Shown here piece by piece: positions 8,273 to 17,411 of a stretch of DNA of 32,000 nucleotides. The notes beneath the pieces are model-generated. The model made no database searches, was not told the origin of the DNA, and saw only the letters and a program-made list of their open reading frames with translations. Position numbers and translations under genes: made by a program. This stretch comes from Peristeroidobacter agariperforans (GTDB lineage: Bacteria > Pseudomonadota > Gammaproteobacteria > Steroidobacterales > Steroidobacteraceae): assembly GCF_004138335.1 (NCBI RefSeq), contig NZ_RYFW01000001.1, positions 2,469,244 through 2,501,243 of the forward strand. The letters run 5' to 3'. Within the stretch, counting starts at the first letter, position 1, and every line of letters starts with the position of its first letter.

Positions 8273-8493
8273 GCCTCGCTGAGTTCACTGCAAAGTTTGC
8301 GATAGCTTCCCGGGTTCTTTCTGCGGCGCCATCAAACGCGACGTTGATGCACGCACTCTCGCAGGTCCCGTGCGCTGTAGGATCCCGTGCGGTCGCTTTG
8401 CCGTTGCCGTGGCAACTGAACGATGGGTCTTTCGTCTTGCGCGCAAGCGATATTCTTGCGCTGCTGGCCATTCCTGATAAGTACTTCCTTCGA

Positions 8494-8528
8494 AAGATAT
8501 GAACTAACGATCGATACGTTTGAAGCTT
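8494..8528 (-). other. diverged second copy of the tRNA-like remnant (candidate att core, copy B)
   Basis: AAGATATGAACTAACGATCGATACGTTTGAAGCTT aligns by hand at roughly 70% identity with AGGATTTGAACCTGCGATTGGTACGCTCG...AGCTT at 3022..3058. Confidence 0.25.
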
Positions 8529-8691
8529 ACTTCGCAGGCTTCTATAGAAGTGCTATGTGTCCCGAATTTTCTTCCGGCGTTTCTAAGGGAACGTGAGGAA
8601 GTGCCGCAAAGACTATAAATATAGGCATTGCGCGTCTTTCGTAGTTCACGGACGTGCTCGCTTTCTCAGGCAGAGACGAGCAAAGTATCAC

Positions 8692-8785
8692 CCTGTGGTG
8701 GCACCCCGGAGCGGTGGTTTGAAAACCCGCAAATCGAGGCTGGCACCCACGAATTTGAGGTGACACCCCAGGAGCGAGGTGGCTT
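8692..8785 (+). promoter_or_regulatory. conserved integrase leader, copy B
   Basis: GGCACCCCGGAGCGG...GGCACCCACGAATTTGAGGTGACACCCCAGGAG, colinear with 3212..3302. Confidence 0.3.
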
Positions 8786-10132
8786 ATGAACAAGCTCACA
8801 GACGTAGGGATACGCGCACTATTGGCCAAACCACGGGCCGGCCGCGTCGAGTTGCCTGACGGCGCAGTGCCTGGACTCACACTGCGAATTGGAAAAACGC
8901 GGGGCGCGACATGGTCGTTGATGATCCGCGTATTCGGCGAAGGTGGCATCACCGATCGGGGTCACGGGCTGATGGGCCCGAAGCGACGGCTAACACTCGG
9001 CTCGTACCCGCAGGTCTCGTTGCACGCTGCCCGAGCAAAGGCCAACACGTTTATCGATCAGGCGCGGCGCGGTGAGAGTCCGGTTGAAGCGCTCGAGCGG
9101 GTAGCGACCGGGCGGCTCACTGTTGAAGGTCTAGCTGAAAGATTCCTTACCGACTACGTCCATCTCAAGCGACTTCGCGCTGGGACCAGATATGAGATGG
9201 CCATCCGGACTCACATCATAGAAGGAGTGGGCCGGGTGGTGGCCGACATGCTCACTCGCGACCAGGTGCGCGACCTCATGAAGAAGGCCATGGTTAAGGT
9301 GCCTTCAACTCGTGAAGGAAAGACGCGCCGTCGCGGTGGCATCGAAGCAGCGAGAAGCGTAGTTGCTGTCCTTCGTAAGATGATCAACTGGGGCATTCGT
9401 GAGCGGCTGCTGAAGCGCGCGGACAATCCAGTTTCGGGAATGGAGGACAACCTGCCAAAGAAGAGGAAGAAGGAGCGCGTGCTGTCTCTGGAGGAAGCGC
9501 AGGTCGTCTGGCAAGCCGCTGGGACCCTCGGCTATCCGTTCGGTCCGCTCTATCGCCTGATCATGCTAACGGGTTGCCGACCGGGCGAGTGGGCGCGATG
9601 TCGGCAGTCGTATATTGACCTCAAGCAGTCCCTGCTGGTCATTCCAGCGCAGGCATACAAAAGCGACCACGTGCATGTGGTGCCGCTCGTGCCGGTCGCG
9701 GTTCAGATACTCGAACACACTTTGGCGAACTACGCTGGACGACAGGGCGACTTCGTCTTCAGCGGCACCGACGGTCTCGCGCCGGTGTCTGGATGGTCGA
9801 AGGGGCACAGCAGAATGATGCAGGCCGTGACGGCGGTGTCCGGCGAGCGAGGTTTGGTGCCGTGGACTCCGCACGACTTGCGACGCACCGTCGCGACTCG
9901 GATTGCGGAGCAGTTGGGTGTTGGTGGTGAGCAGTTGATAAAGCGAGTTCTGGGCCACGCCGATGGCAGCGTCACGGCGATCTACAACCGATATGGCTAT
10001 GTGAAGGAGATGCGCGAAGTGCTCGAGCGCTGGGCGGAGGATCTTATCGGCGCTGAGTTTGATGCTGCGAGCCTATGGCGTGAGTCGGACGCGAACGCCT
10101 ATGTGATCGTGGAGCCGACCGAAGCGGCGTAG
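8786..10132 (+). CDS. int: tyrosine recombinase / integrase, paralogue of 3303..4649
   Basis: 448 aa, the same length and motifs as int-1. I counted ~65-70 substitutions and no indels. Confidence 0.95.
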   Translation: MNKLTDVGIRALLAKPRAGRVELPDGAVPGLTLRIGKTRGATWSLMIRVFGEGGITDRGHGLMGPKRRLTLGSYPQVSLHAARAKANTFIDQARRGESPVEALERVATGRLTVEGLAERFLTDYVHLKRLRAGTRYEMAIRTHIIEGVGRVVADMLTRDQVRDLMKKAMVKVPSTREGKTRRRGGIEAARSVVAVLRKMINWGIRERLLKRADNPVSGMEDNLPKKRKKERVLSLEEAQVVWQAAGTLGYPFGPLYRLIMLTGCRPGEWARCRQSYIDLKQSLLVIPAQAYKSDHVHVVPLVPVAVQILEHTLANYAGRQGDFVFSGTDGLAPVSGWSKGHSRMMQAVTAVSGERGLVPWTPHDLRRTVATRIAEQLGVGGEQLIKRVLGHADGSVTAIYNRYGYVKEMREVLERWAEDLIGAEFDAASLWRESDANAYVIVEPTEAA

Positions 10133-10283
10133 GAGGAGCATGCTCGCGGCGCTAATGGCCCAGAGTAGCATCTCCTGGGCGTCAGCGGCGCAATCCGGTC
10201 GGGGAGTAAAAGACCGCTCGGAGGCCGCAACGACGCGGCGCTGCCGAGCGCTGAAGCTGACGGGTCATGACGGAGGGACCGAG

Positions 10284-10649
10284 TCAGCGTTCAATCAGAG
10301 GCGTGCTGGATGTGATGCGTGCGGCAAGCCAGGCCTGCACCTCCGACTCCACCCATGCGACACGTCTGGGAGATAGCTGCACTCGCATTGGAAAGTCGCC
10401 CTGAATCTGCAGTTGATAGATCTTGGTTTTGCTCAAGCCGGTGATCGCTGCGACTTGAGAGAGCCGGAGCATGCGGATCGGTGTCGTCGGCTGTACATCG
10501 TGCGGTACTTGCGATTGTGCCGGAGGAACTGACGCGATCGCACGGCCGGCGAGCGCGTGGCTCTCGCCGTGCCCAGCCGTGCCGGCCAGGCGCGTAGCCG
10601 CGGGTGCAGTGGGTATCGCACGGAGCGATCGGGACGAATACGAGTTCAT
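10284..10649 (-). CDS. alpA: AlpA-family regulator, paralogue of 4805..5170
   Basis: IRMLRLSQVAAITGLSKTKIYQLQIQGDFPMRVQLSPRRVAWVESEVQAWL. Start taken at the internal ATG 10649 (MNSYSS...), equivalent to copy A. Confidence 0.85.
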   Translation of the reverse strand: MNSYSSRSLRAIPTAPAATRLAGTAGHGESHALAGRAIASVPPAQSQVPHDVQPTTPIRMLRLSQVAAITGLSKTKIYQLQIQGDFPMRVQLSPRRVAWVESEVQAWLAARITSSTPLIER

Positions 10650-11045
10650 GATCGTTACTCCTGATGTGATTGCGATGATCAACGGGGGCGACGTTCCACC
10701 CATGCACAGCATTCCTCAGTGGTCAGGAAAAGCCCAGGGGGAGTTTCGCGGAAAATTCGGCGTATTGGATCGGCATTTGGCTCGAGTTTCGCCGCCTTTG
10801 TACAGGCGTAGTTCAGCTTGGGGACCATTCACCCGAACAAGATCATTCCCCATCCGCCAGGGAATGTCAGGCGGAGAAATTGACGAGAATTGATAAAAAC
10901 AGAGGGTGTGTTAGCTCCGTCGGAGTGCGATTGCAAGGGCTCAGGTGAGTGTCGCGACAGCGGTCCTTTCGGGGCCGGGTGCCATCGAGGTGGCCGGAAG
11001 CAGCAGGCGGTGTGTTCGATTCGACGGGATTCGATCCGAATCGGC

Positions 11046-11882
11046 TCAATCGGGATTGGACGCCGCGGCGGCGGAGTCCCTGTCGATGAATTGCGCAGCG
11101 TCGGGAAAAATCTGGTTGATGATCTCCGCCACCAGGCGTCGTGCGCTCAGCGATTGGTTATCCAGCGCGGTTGTGCCGTGCGCGTGCTCGTTTCTCAGAA
11201 AAGGAATGTTCTTGAGAACCTGTCCGACATAGTCGTGATCGCGATCTTTGTCGTTGATCTCGAGCTGCGAGTCGTCGATCTCGAGTTCCGAGAGGCCCAA
11301 GGCCTTCATTTTATCAATTGTCTCAATGCTCCTCCGGGATTGCGCTCGAAGTCGGGCCTTTAGCCGCCAGGCGCTGAAGTTCTCGTTCTTCACAGCGCCG
11401 ATTTCAATCGCGAATCCCAGGAGTGCATGCAGCATCGGGCGGAACTTCTCCTTGTCCAGCGGCTGATACGGCTTGGCATTCTGCTGATCGCCTTTGATCT
11501 TGCTCTCGTACAATGATCGGCGCTTCCGCTCTTCCTGCGCGTAAAGGTCATCCTTGAAGCGAATCTTGAGCGCGAGCTCGAGACTCTGATATGCGTGACT
11601 TCGAGCGGCTGAATGAAACCGATACACAAACCACGAGAAGAGGTTCAGGTTCTTGGCGGTCTCGAAACTGGCAACGACCGCGGACGGAACTCCAGGGTGA
11701 AGGGTGACCTCGGCGACCGCCTGGTGCTGATCCTGCAGTGCTTTCGGCCGGAAACCCTGCGGTCCAAGAATCTCGAATCCTGAGCTGCGCGGATCAGCAC
11801 CGAAACGTTCTTGGGTGAGCGGAGAAAATCGGGATGGTCGGGCATGGCTACGTGGCTTGTGACTGCTTGAGTAGAGGTTCAT
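11046..11882 (-). CDS. HEPN-like / Abi-like protein (R-x4-H motif)
   Basis: 278 aa, predicted helical. The C-terminal PFLRNEHAHG fits the HEPN R-x4-6-H motif and the RN-x-x-AH signature seen in Abi_2/DUF4145-type HEPN families. No SD precedes ATG 11882, so the start is uncertain. Confidence 0.5.
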   Translation of the reverse strand: MNLYSSSHKPRSHARPSRFSPLTQERFGADPRSSGFEILGPQGFRPKALQDQHQAVAEVTLHPGVPSAVVASFETAKNLNLFSWFVYRFHSAARSHAYQSLELALKIRFKDDLYAQEERKRRSLYESKIKGDQQNAKPYQPLDKEKFRPMLHALLGFAIEIGAVKNENFSAWRLKARLRAQSRRSIETIDKMKALGLSELEIDDSQLEINDKDRDHDYVGQVLKNIPFLRNEHAHGTTALDNQSLSARRLVAEIINQIFPDAAQFIDRDSAAAASNPD

Positions 11883-12114
11883 GAACTATCTTTGGCATAA
11901 ACATTCTCCGTTGTTGAAGAGCAGAACCAATTGATCGTAGAGGACGGGTCCTCCTCAACTTCCTCGCCGACCAACGCGGCGCAGTTGTTCGGTACTGCGG
12001 GTGAGATCAGTTTCGCTGGCCTCACCCCATCCGCTTTGCGTTCCCGTTACAGCGGTAAGGTCAGTATGGGTCCAGCTGACGAGTTCCTGCAATTTGACCC
12101 TACTCGTGCAACCG

Positions 12115-13911
12115 TCAAGGCAGGAGCTGTGCGACCACAGACTCCATGTCGTTATTGATGTTGTTCGAGTCAGAGAAGAATTGCCTGGCGTGCCGCTGGT
12201 CATCAAAGTGCTTCTCCAACCCCAACAGTGTTTCGAGCTTGCTAGGAATTTTAGCTACGCGGTTCCCGTTCAGTTCGTTGAGAATCGGAGCGTTCTGGGG
12301 GTGATCTTCGTCCTTTCCGTCTAGCTCGAGCATGACCGCGTATTTCAGGCCGAAGGCGTTGAGTATCCGTTGAAACTTCGGGATCTCGCCTTTGCTACCA
12401 GTAACCACAACGGAGACGCCGATCTCATCCGGCAGCTCATTGATCTTGCCAAGTTTCCTGGCGGTGGCTATTACCCCAACGTCGTCTTCCGGCCCTTCGA
12501 CGAGGATGGCCTCCCGGGCAAAGAAAACCTCGTTGTGCTTGAGCCCGAAACACGTGAGCATCTTGAAGACCTTTCGCTCATCCGGATTGCCGAGAATTCC
12601 ACGGGCGGCCTGAGTGATCACAGTGCCGGTGGGAAGATCGGGCTTTCGAACAAGGCCGATGCGCTGATAGTTCCAGACCTCAATAAAGGCTGGTGAATGA
12701 GTGGTGTAGATCACCTGGTCATCGCCGGTCGGTTCGGCATCGTCGTCGCCAACGCCGGCGAACTCCCGAAGGACGCGGAAAATCAGCCGCTGGCAGTGAG
12801 GGTGAATGTAGAGCTCTGGTTCTTCAATCGCGAGGATGATCGGTCTGCGATCACCCACCGACCGCTGATGCGCTGAGCTGATTAGCATTTGCAGCAGCGA
12901 GAACACCACGCTTCGTTGCATTCCGTGCCCCTTATCGACAACGTCCGTTAGAACCCCGTCGTCGATTCGAATGGTCACTCCGCGTGCGAAGATGTCCTTC
13001 GAGGCATCTACCTGAACTTCAAGTCTAATGGAGGAAACGCTTGGCATGAGCTTCTTCATCACGTCGCGAAGAGATGTCTCAACACCGCCCAATGCTTCCA
13101 ACCGTTTGGTCCCTCCATCATCACCAACACAGTTCAGTAACGCGTGCACACGGCCGAGCGCCTCTTCCAATTCCTTGTGCCTCGGGTCCGCGCTCATAAT
13201 TCGATCTGAAAGATCTGCCATAAGGCGCCTGAATACCGTGCTCGACGAGCGCCGATCGATCTCCTCGGAATAGTCGGTAATCGCGGGAAGCAGGTATAAC
13301 TCCGGCAACGCGGAAAGAAGGTTCTGAGGAATGCCCAGCGCATGCGTCGTACCAAGCTGTGGCTCGTCGTATTCCACGTTGTGTTCGGAGAGATATCGCT
13401 CGAGTCCAGCCTTGTAGCTGGTCTTAGTGACCTTTCCTTCTGGCGTTTGAACGTAGTCAATAAGGCCATGCTCCGCGGCGACCTCCTGCCACTTGGGGCG
13501 AGCGTTTTCAGCCTCCATCTTCGCGATCGAGAGCCAAGGACTACGAGGTTCAGCTTGATATCCGTGATACTCCGCCTTCACTGATTTGCGGTCCTTAGCT
13601 TCGTCGTCGTGAATTCGTAGCTCCTTTCGGAGAATGATCTTGTCACCGATTAGGTAAGGACGGAGGCGCTTGGCTTCTTCTTCATTGAGGCTGCCAAATT
13701 CGCACTCGATCACACAAGGCGAATCGCGGTCATTAAAATCCCGGATTTCCATTCCGCCTGAGCCGCTGGTCAGAAAGCAGTGGAGGGCGCGAAGGCAGTT
13801 GCTCTTTCCTGAGTTGTTCTCTCCCACGAGAGCTTGCAGTGATTCGATGCGAATATCGCCGGAATCGCGAATCGATCGATAGTTTTGGATTCGGAATCTC
13901 GCTAATCGCAT
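12115..13911 (-). CDS. OLD-family ATP-dependent endonuclease (AAA/ABC-type ATPase plus TOPRIM)
   Basis: Start at the internal ATG 13911, with GGAGG 4 nt upstream. MRLARFRIQNYRSIRD...LVGENNSGKSN (P-loop). PIILAIEEPELYIHP (Walker B/D-loop region typical of AAA_15/OLD). C-terminal FFAREAILVEGPEDD and LELDGKDED are TOPRIM-like acidic motifs. Confidence 0.9.
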   Translation of the reverse strand: MRLARFRIQNYRSIRDSGDIRIESLQALVGENNSGKSNCLRALHCFLTSGSGGMEIRDFNDRDSPCVIECEFGSLNEEEAKRLRPYLIGDKIILRKELRIHDDEAKDRKSVKAEYHGYQAEPRSPWLSIAKMEAENARPKWQEVAAEHGLIDYVQTPEGKVTKTSYKAGLERYLSEHNVEYDEPQLGTTHALGIPQNLLSALPELYLLPAITDYSEEIDRRSSSTVFRRLMADLSDRIMSADPRHKELEEALGRVHALLNCVGDDGGTKRLEALGGVETSLRDVMKKLMPSVSSIRLEVQVDASKDIFARGVTIRIDDGVLTDVVDKGHGMQRSVVFSLLQMLISSAHQRSVGDRRPIILAIEEPELYIHPHCQRLIFRVLREFAGVGDDDAEPTGDDQVIYTTHSPAFIEVWNYQRIGLVRKPDLPTGTVITQAARGILGNPDERKVFKMLTCFGLKHNEVFFAREAILVEGPEDDVGVIATARKLGKINELPDEIGVSVVVTGSKGEIPKFQRILNAFGLKYAVMLELDGKDEDHPQNAPILNELNGNRVAKIPSKLETLLGLEKHFDDQRHARQFFSDSNNINNDMESVVAQLLP

Positions 13912-13912
13912 G

Positions 13913-16144
13913 TCACCTCCGCGTTCCTGATACGAGCTCACGGGCAGCCGTTCGTGCCCCGCTGAATGATAGATGCAATGAAGCGAACGATTGCTTGAGC
14001 AACGAATCGGGCAGCGCCCAGTCCCATTTACTCCTGCGCATGTTGAAGACGTCCGTCAGTAGGCGCATGTAGTCGACATCGGTAAGCTCTGCAATGTCCG
14101 TGAGTGCGTCATGCAATCTGTCGATTCCGTACTTCTCGACTATCAGGTAAATGCCTTCGTTCTCCACTCGTTCGATCCCAAGGCCACGAAGTATCAGCAC
14201 TAGCGCGTCATTCGTAGGGTCGCCTCGCCATGTGAAAAGCGAAATCGCCTCCCCGCTCCTTAGCACGATCTCGCTGGATAGATTGAGGTCTGCGTATTGG
14301 CGCCGCGCTTCTGCGAGTAGTGCGTTCGCGGTTTGGTCGAGGAAACCGACTTGGTCAGCTGTTGCGAGAACACTTCGCATCTCCGAGCGAACTACATCGT
14401 GCGTGCTTGCTCTGCTTCCGCCGAACGATGGAGGCATGCCGCCGGGATCTGCGACAACACATACAATAAGAGCTTCATCTTCAACAGAGGTGGCTAGCCA
14501 TCGACGGCCGGCAAAGATGAGCCTCATTCCAACGAATATCGGAGAACTTATCGGTAGGGTGCCTATGGTCTGTCCTTGGCACACGATCTGCCACTCGTCC
14601 TCAGAAGTGAAAGCTGCATAGAAATCGTGACTTCCGACCAGTTGCTCACCTGTTTGGCCGAGAAGCAGGAGGCCGGTGCGATCCTGGGTAATTAGGTCTT
14701 TTAGCCCAAGGCCGCGTAGTAGTTCGCCGAACTCTGGCTGCGTCAGGCCGCCAAAAGGTCCTTCCAAGACGAACAATCTGTAGAGCGGCCCGGCATGTGC
14801 GCCGCCGCGCTCAGCAATAACCGATAGAATTTGTTGGACCAGAGTTGATAGATGCAAGCCAGCCGCGTTCGGTGGCTCGTACCAGCCGCGCAGCAGCAGG
14901 CGAATCATCGCGATCGACTGCACCAGCGACTCTCGAAGTCGATCTGAGAAAGAGGACCGGTCGGTCAAAGATTGCTCAATGTTGTACGACCGGAGTATCG
15001 CGGGCTCGCCGGGACGCCGCCCGGACCGACCAAGGCGCTGACGAATGGACGCGACGGAGGGGCCGGGCCCAATTTGCGCTACAGTTTTGACGGCGCCGAT
15101 GTCGATGCCAAGCTCTAGTGTCGTGGTACAAACGGCGGTGGCCGGCCGATCTCCGGCCTTAAGCGCTTTTTCAGTTTCCTCTCGGATCGAGCGCGAGAGG
15201 CAGCCATGATGGGGCCAGAACTCGACGGGAACAGAGTCAGACTCGCATTTGCGCCTTAGCGCATCTGTATAGAACTCCACCTTCTTGCGCGAGTTCGGGA
15301 ATACTAGGTTGTTAGATCCTCTCAGGACATTGTAGAGGTGATCTGCAATGGCGTACTCGGCGCCGAGAAGTCGGTCTTCGCCCTCGCTGTCGTTTTCAGG
15401 GTCTTCGATGACGGCAGGGGAAAGATAGCCACGCACCTGCACGCGTAAATCTTGATTGCCCGCTTTCGACACGATCAGGTCAACGCTGCTGGGGCTGCCG
15501 GGTCGCAGGTATGCGGCTGCAAGATTCATGTCTCCGAGCGTCGCCGAAAGCCCTATCCGTGGTATGCGCTTGGTTGCGGCATGCTCCATTCGATGGAGTA
15601 ACGATTGCATCTGCTTGCCGCGCTCGGTGCCAATGAATGCGTGCAACTCATCAACAACTACATACATGACCTCCGCAAAGAGGCGCGGCGCCTCGCTGCC
15701 TCGCCTGACGAAGATCGCTTCCAAAGACTCGGGAGTGATGAGAAGAACACCGCGCGGATGACGTAGAAAGCGCTGCTTCCTGCTTTGAGAGATGTCGCCA
15801 TGCCATGGAATGACCGGAATTTCTAAGGATTCGCAGAGCTGCTCCAGTCGCCCCCACTGATCATTGATCAGCGCCTTTAGCGGACTGGTGTAAATGGCGA
15901 GTGCGGACTCCTCGCCGGCGTTTGCAATTCTCGTTAGGATTGGTAGAAAGGCGGCTTCTGTTTTTCCAGCTGCAGTGGCTGCAGCGATGATTAAATCCCG
16001 CTGACCTTCGAGGATCGGCTTTATAGCCCGCTCTTGGGCATCCCTGAGTGATGTCCAGCCCTTTGACCACACCCAGCGCTGAATGCTGGGATGAAGGAGG
16101 TCGAAGCTAGAATCGTCAGAGCTTGAAGGACGCGAGCTCGTCAT
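13913..16144 (-). CDS. sngC: Lhr-like DEAD/DEAH-box SF2 helicase (Shango SngC-like / BrxHI-like)
   Basis: 743 aa. Motif I AATAAGKTEAA, motif II VVDELH, motif III LSATLG, motif VI QRLGRSGRR. The stop TGA (13915..13913) is separated by 1 nt from the OLD ATG. Confidence 0.9.
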   Translation of the reverse strand: MTSSRPSSSDDSSFDLLHPSIQRWVWSKGWTSLRDAQERAIKPILEGQRDLIIAAATAAGKTEAAFLPILTRIANAGEESALAIYTSPLKALINDQWGRLEQLCESLEIPVIPWHGDISQSRKQRFLRHPRGVLLITPESLEAIFVRRGSEAPRLFAEVMYVVVDELHAFIGTERGKQMQSLLHRMEHAATKRIPRIGLSATLGDMNLAAAYLRPGSPSSVDLIVSKAGNQDLRVQVRGYLSPAVIEDPENDSEGEDRLLGAEYAIADHLYNVLRGSNNLVFPNSRKKVEFYTDALRRKCESDSVPVEFWPHHGCLSRSIREETEKALKAGDRPATAVCTTTLELGIDIGAVKTVAQIGPGPSVASIRQRLGRSGRRPGEPAILRSYNIEQSLTDRSSFSDRLRESLVQSIAMIRLLLRGWYEPPNAAGLHLSTLVQQILSVIAERGGAHAGPLYRLFVLEGPFGGLTQPEFGELLRGLGLKDLITQDRTGLLLLGQTGEQLVGSHDFYAAFTSEDEWQIVCQGQTIGTLPISSPIFVGMRLIFAGRRWLATSVEDEALIVCVVADPGGMPPSFGGSRASTHDVVRSEMRSVLATADQVGFLDQTANALLAEARRQYADLNLSSEIVLRSGEAISLFTWRGDPTNDALVLILRGLGIERVENEGIYLIVEKYGIDRLHDALTDIAELTDVDYMRLLTDVFNMRRSKWDWALPDSLLKQSFASLHLSFSGARTAARELVSGTRR

Positions 16145-17411
16145 CCTCAGTCACCCTTTCGCTCGCGCCACCCGTGTCCTCATCTACCTCGATGACATCC
16201 AGCAACTCGCGCCAGCTCGAGTCGCGATGTTGTTCGAGCGTTGCAAGGAGGTTGAGGAAAGCCGTGATAGTGGTTCTCGGTGTTCGAAAGTAGGCTTCCC
16301 CGAGTCTCTTGGATGCATGCTGCATGAAGGCAACCAGGCCCTCATTTGGTACCAAGTAGTTCGCCTCCTCTCCGCTTGCATAGACATGTCTTAGTTTTTG
16401 AAGGAGAACAAAGAAGTCCTCGTTGGTAAGGCTAGCTAGCCGGAGCACCGGACCCGAGAAGTCTTGAATGCCAGCTCGGGCAGCGATCGTATTCTCGGCC
16501 AACCGTGATTGCAGCGCAGAGTAGCTGTAAAGGCCGCGGCGAGTGTCCAAGAGGAACTCGGGTGTGCCGCCTAGAATGAAGCCGAGCCCTTCTGCTGAGC
16601 CTTGCAGCGAATCATTCAGAATGCGAAGGATTTGCTCGTAGTTCGCATTGCGTGCTTGAGCATTGGCGAGTTTGTACAAGTTCACCATTTCATCGAGGCA
16701 GATGAGTAGTCCCGAGAATCCGGCAAGGCGCACGAATCGCGCTAGCAGCTTCAGCTGATCGTAGAATGCATCGTCGTCGACGATCGTCCTTACTCCCAGC
16801 GCGGATCGGGCATCTGTCTTGGTTGTGAATTCACCGCGAAGCCATCGAATGGCATCTGCTTTAAGTCGATCGTTCCCTTCCTCGAACCCTCGGCAGTAAG
16901 CGGCTACCACCTCGGCAAAGTCGTAGCCTCCTACCATCTCTGACAAATTGGCCAGCTTCTCGCGAATGATGTCTTCAGTGCTTTTGCCCGAGGTTTTCGA
17001 TTCTGTCTTCGCCTGCGCTACGAACTTCTCAACAACGCCCGGCAGTGCCCCGCCATCCGACTTGGTCCGCGTCGAGAAATTCTTCATCAGTTCCGCATAC
17101 AGCGAACGTGCTTGACCTCCGGATGCCTGCAGCCGACGGTCCGGATTTAGGTCGGCGTGCGCTGTAACAAGGCGCTTCTCCATGCCGATGGCGCGCACCA
17201 AGTTCAAGAAGAATGTCTTACCCGCACCGTACTCTCCGATCACAAGACGGAACCCTGTGCCTCCATCTGCTATACGTTCGATATCCCGCAGTAGCGTTTC
17301 GATTTCGCGGGCTCGTCCGACTTGGATGAGATGTTGGCCGGTTCGCGGGACGACGCCAGCGCGTAGAGCCTGGACAACGGTATCCCGCTCCTTCGATTTG
17401 ATCTTTGTCAT
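16116..17411 (-). CDS. sngB: DUF2791 / BrxD-like P-loop ATPase (Shango SngB-like)
   Basis: 431 aa. Walker A GEYGAGKT and Walker B LLICLDEM. Length and layout fit the BrxD/DUF2791 family. It overlaps the helicase gene by 29 nt. Confidence 0.85.
   Translation of the reverse strand: MTKIKSKERDTVVQALRAGVVPRTGQHLIQVGRAREIETLLRDIERIADGGTGFRLVIGEYGAGKTFFLNLVRAIGMEKRLVTAHADLNPDRRLQASGGQARSLYAELMKNFSTRTKSDGGALPGVVEKFVAQAKTESKTSGKSTEDIIREKLANLSEMVGGYDFAEVVAAYCRGFEEGNDRLKADAIRWLRGEFTTKTDARSALGVRTIVDDDAFYDQLKLLARFVRLAGFSGLLICLDEMVNLYKLANAQARNANYEQILRILNDSLQGSAEGLGFILGGTPEFLLDTRRGLYSYSALQSRLAENTIAARAGIQDFSGPVLRLASLTNEDFFVLLQKLRHVYASGEEANYLVPNEGLVAFMQHASKRLGEAYFRTPRTTITAFLNLLATLEQHRDSSWRELLDVIEVDEDTGGASERVTEDDELASFKL

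Larger units (their letters stand above)
3012..8493 (+). mobile_element. integrative island 1 (int-alpA backbone plus AbiE/CcdA cargo); boundaries approximate
   Basis: It starts at the tRNA-like remnant and integrase and ends where the second copy of the same tRNA-like remnant and backbone begins. Cargo is toxin-antitoxin genes. Confidence 0.55.
8494..10960 (+). repeat. int-alpA backbone, copy B
   Basis: See copy A (3012..5480). Confidence 0.8.

Noticed and set aside
10890-11363. 157-aa + strand ORF
   Set aside because: Antisense to the HEPN-like gene.
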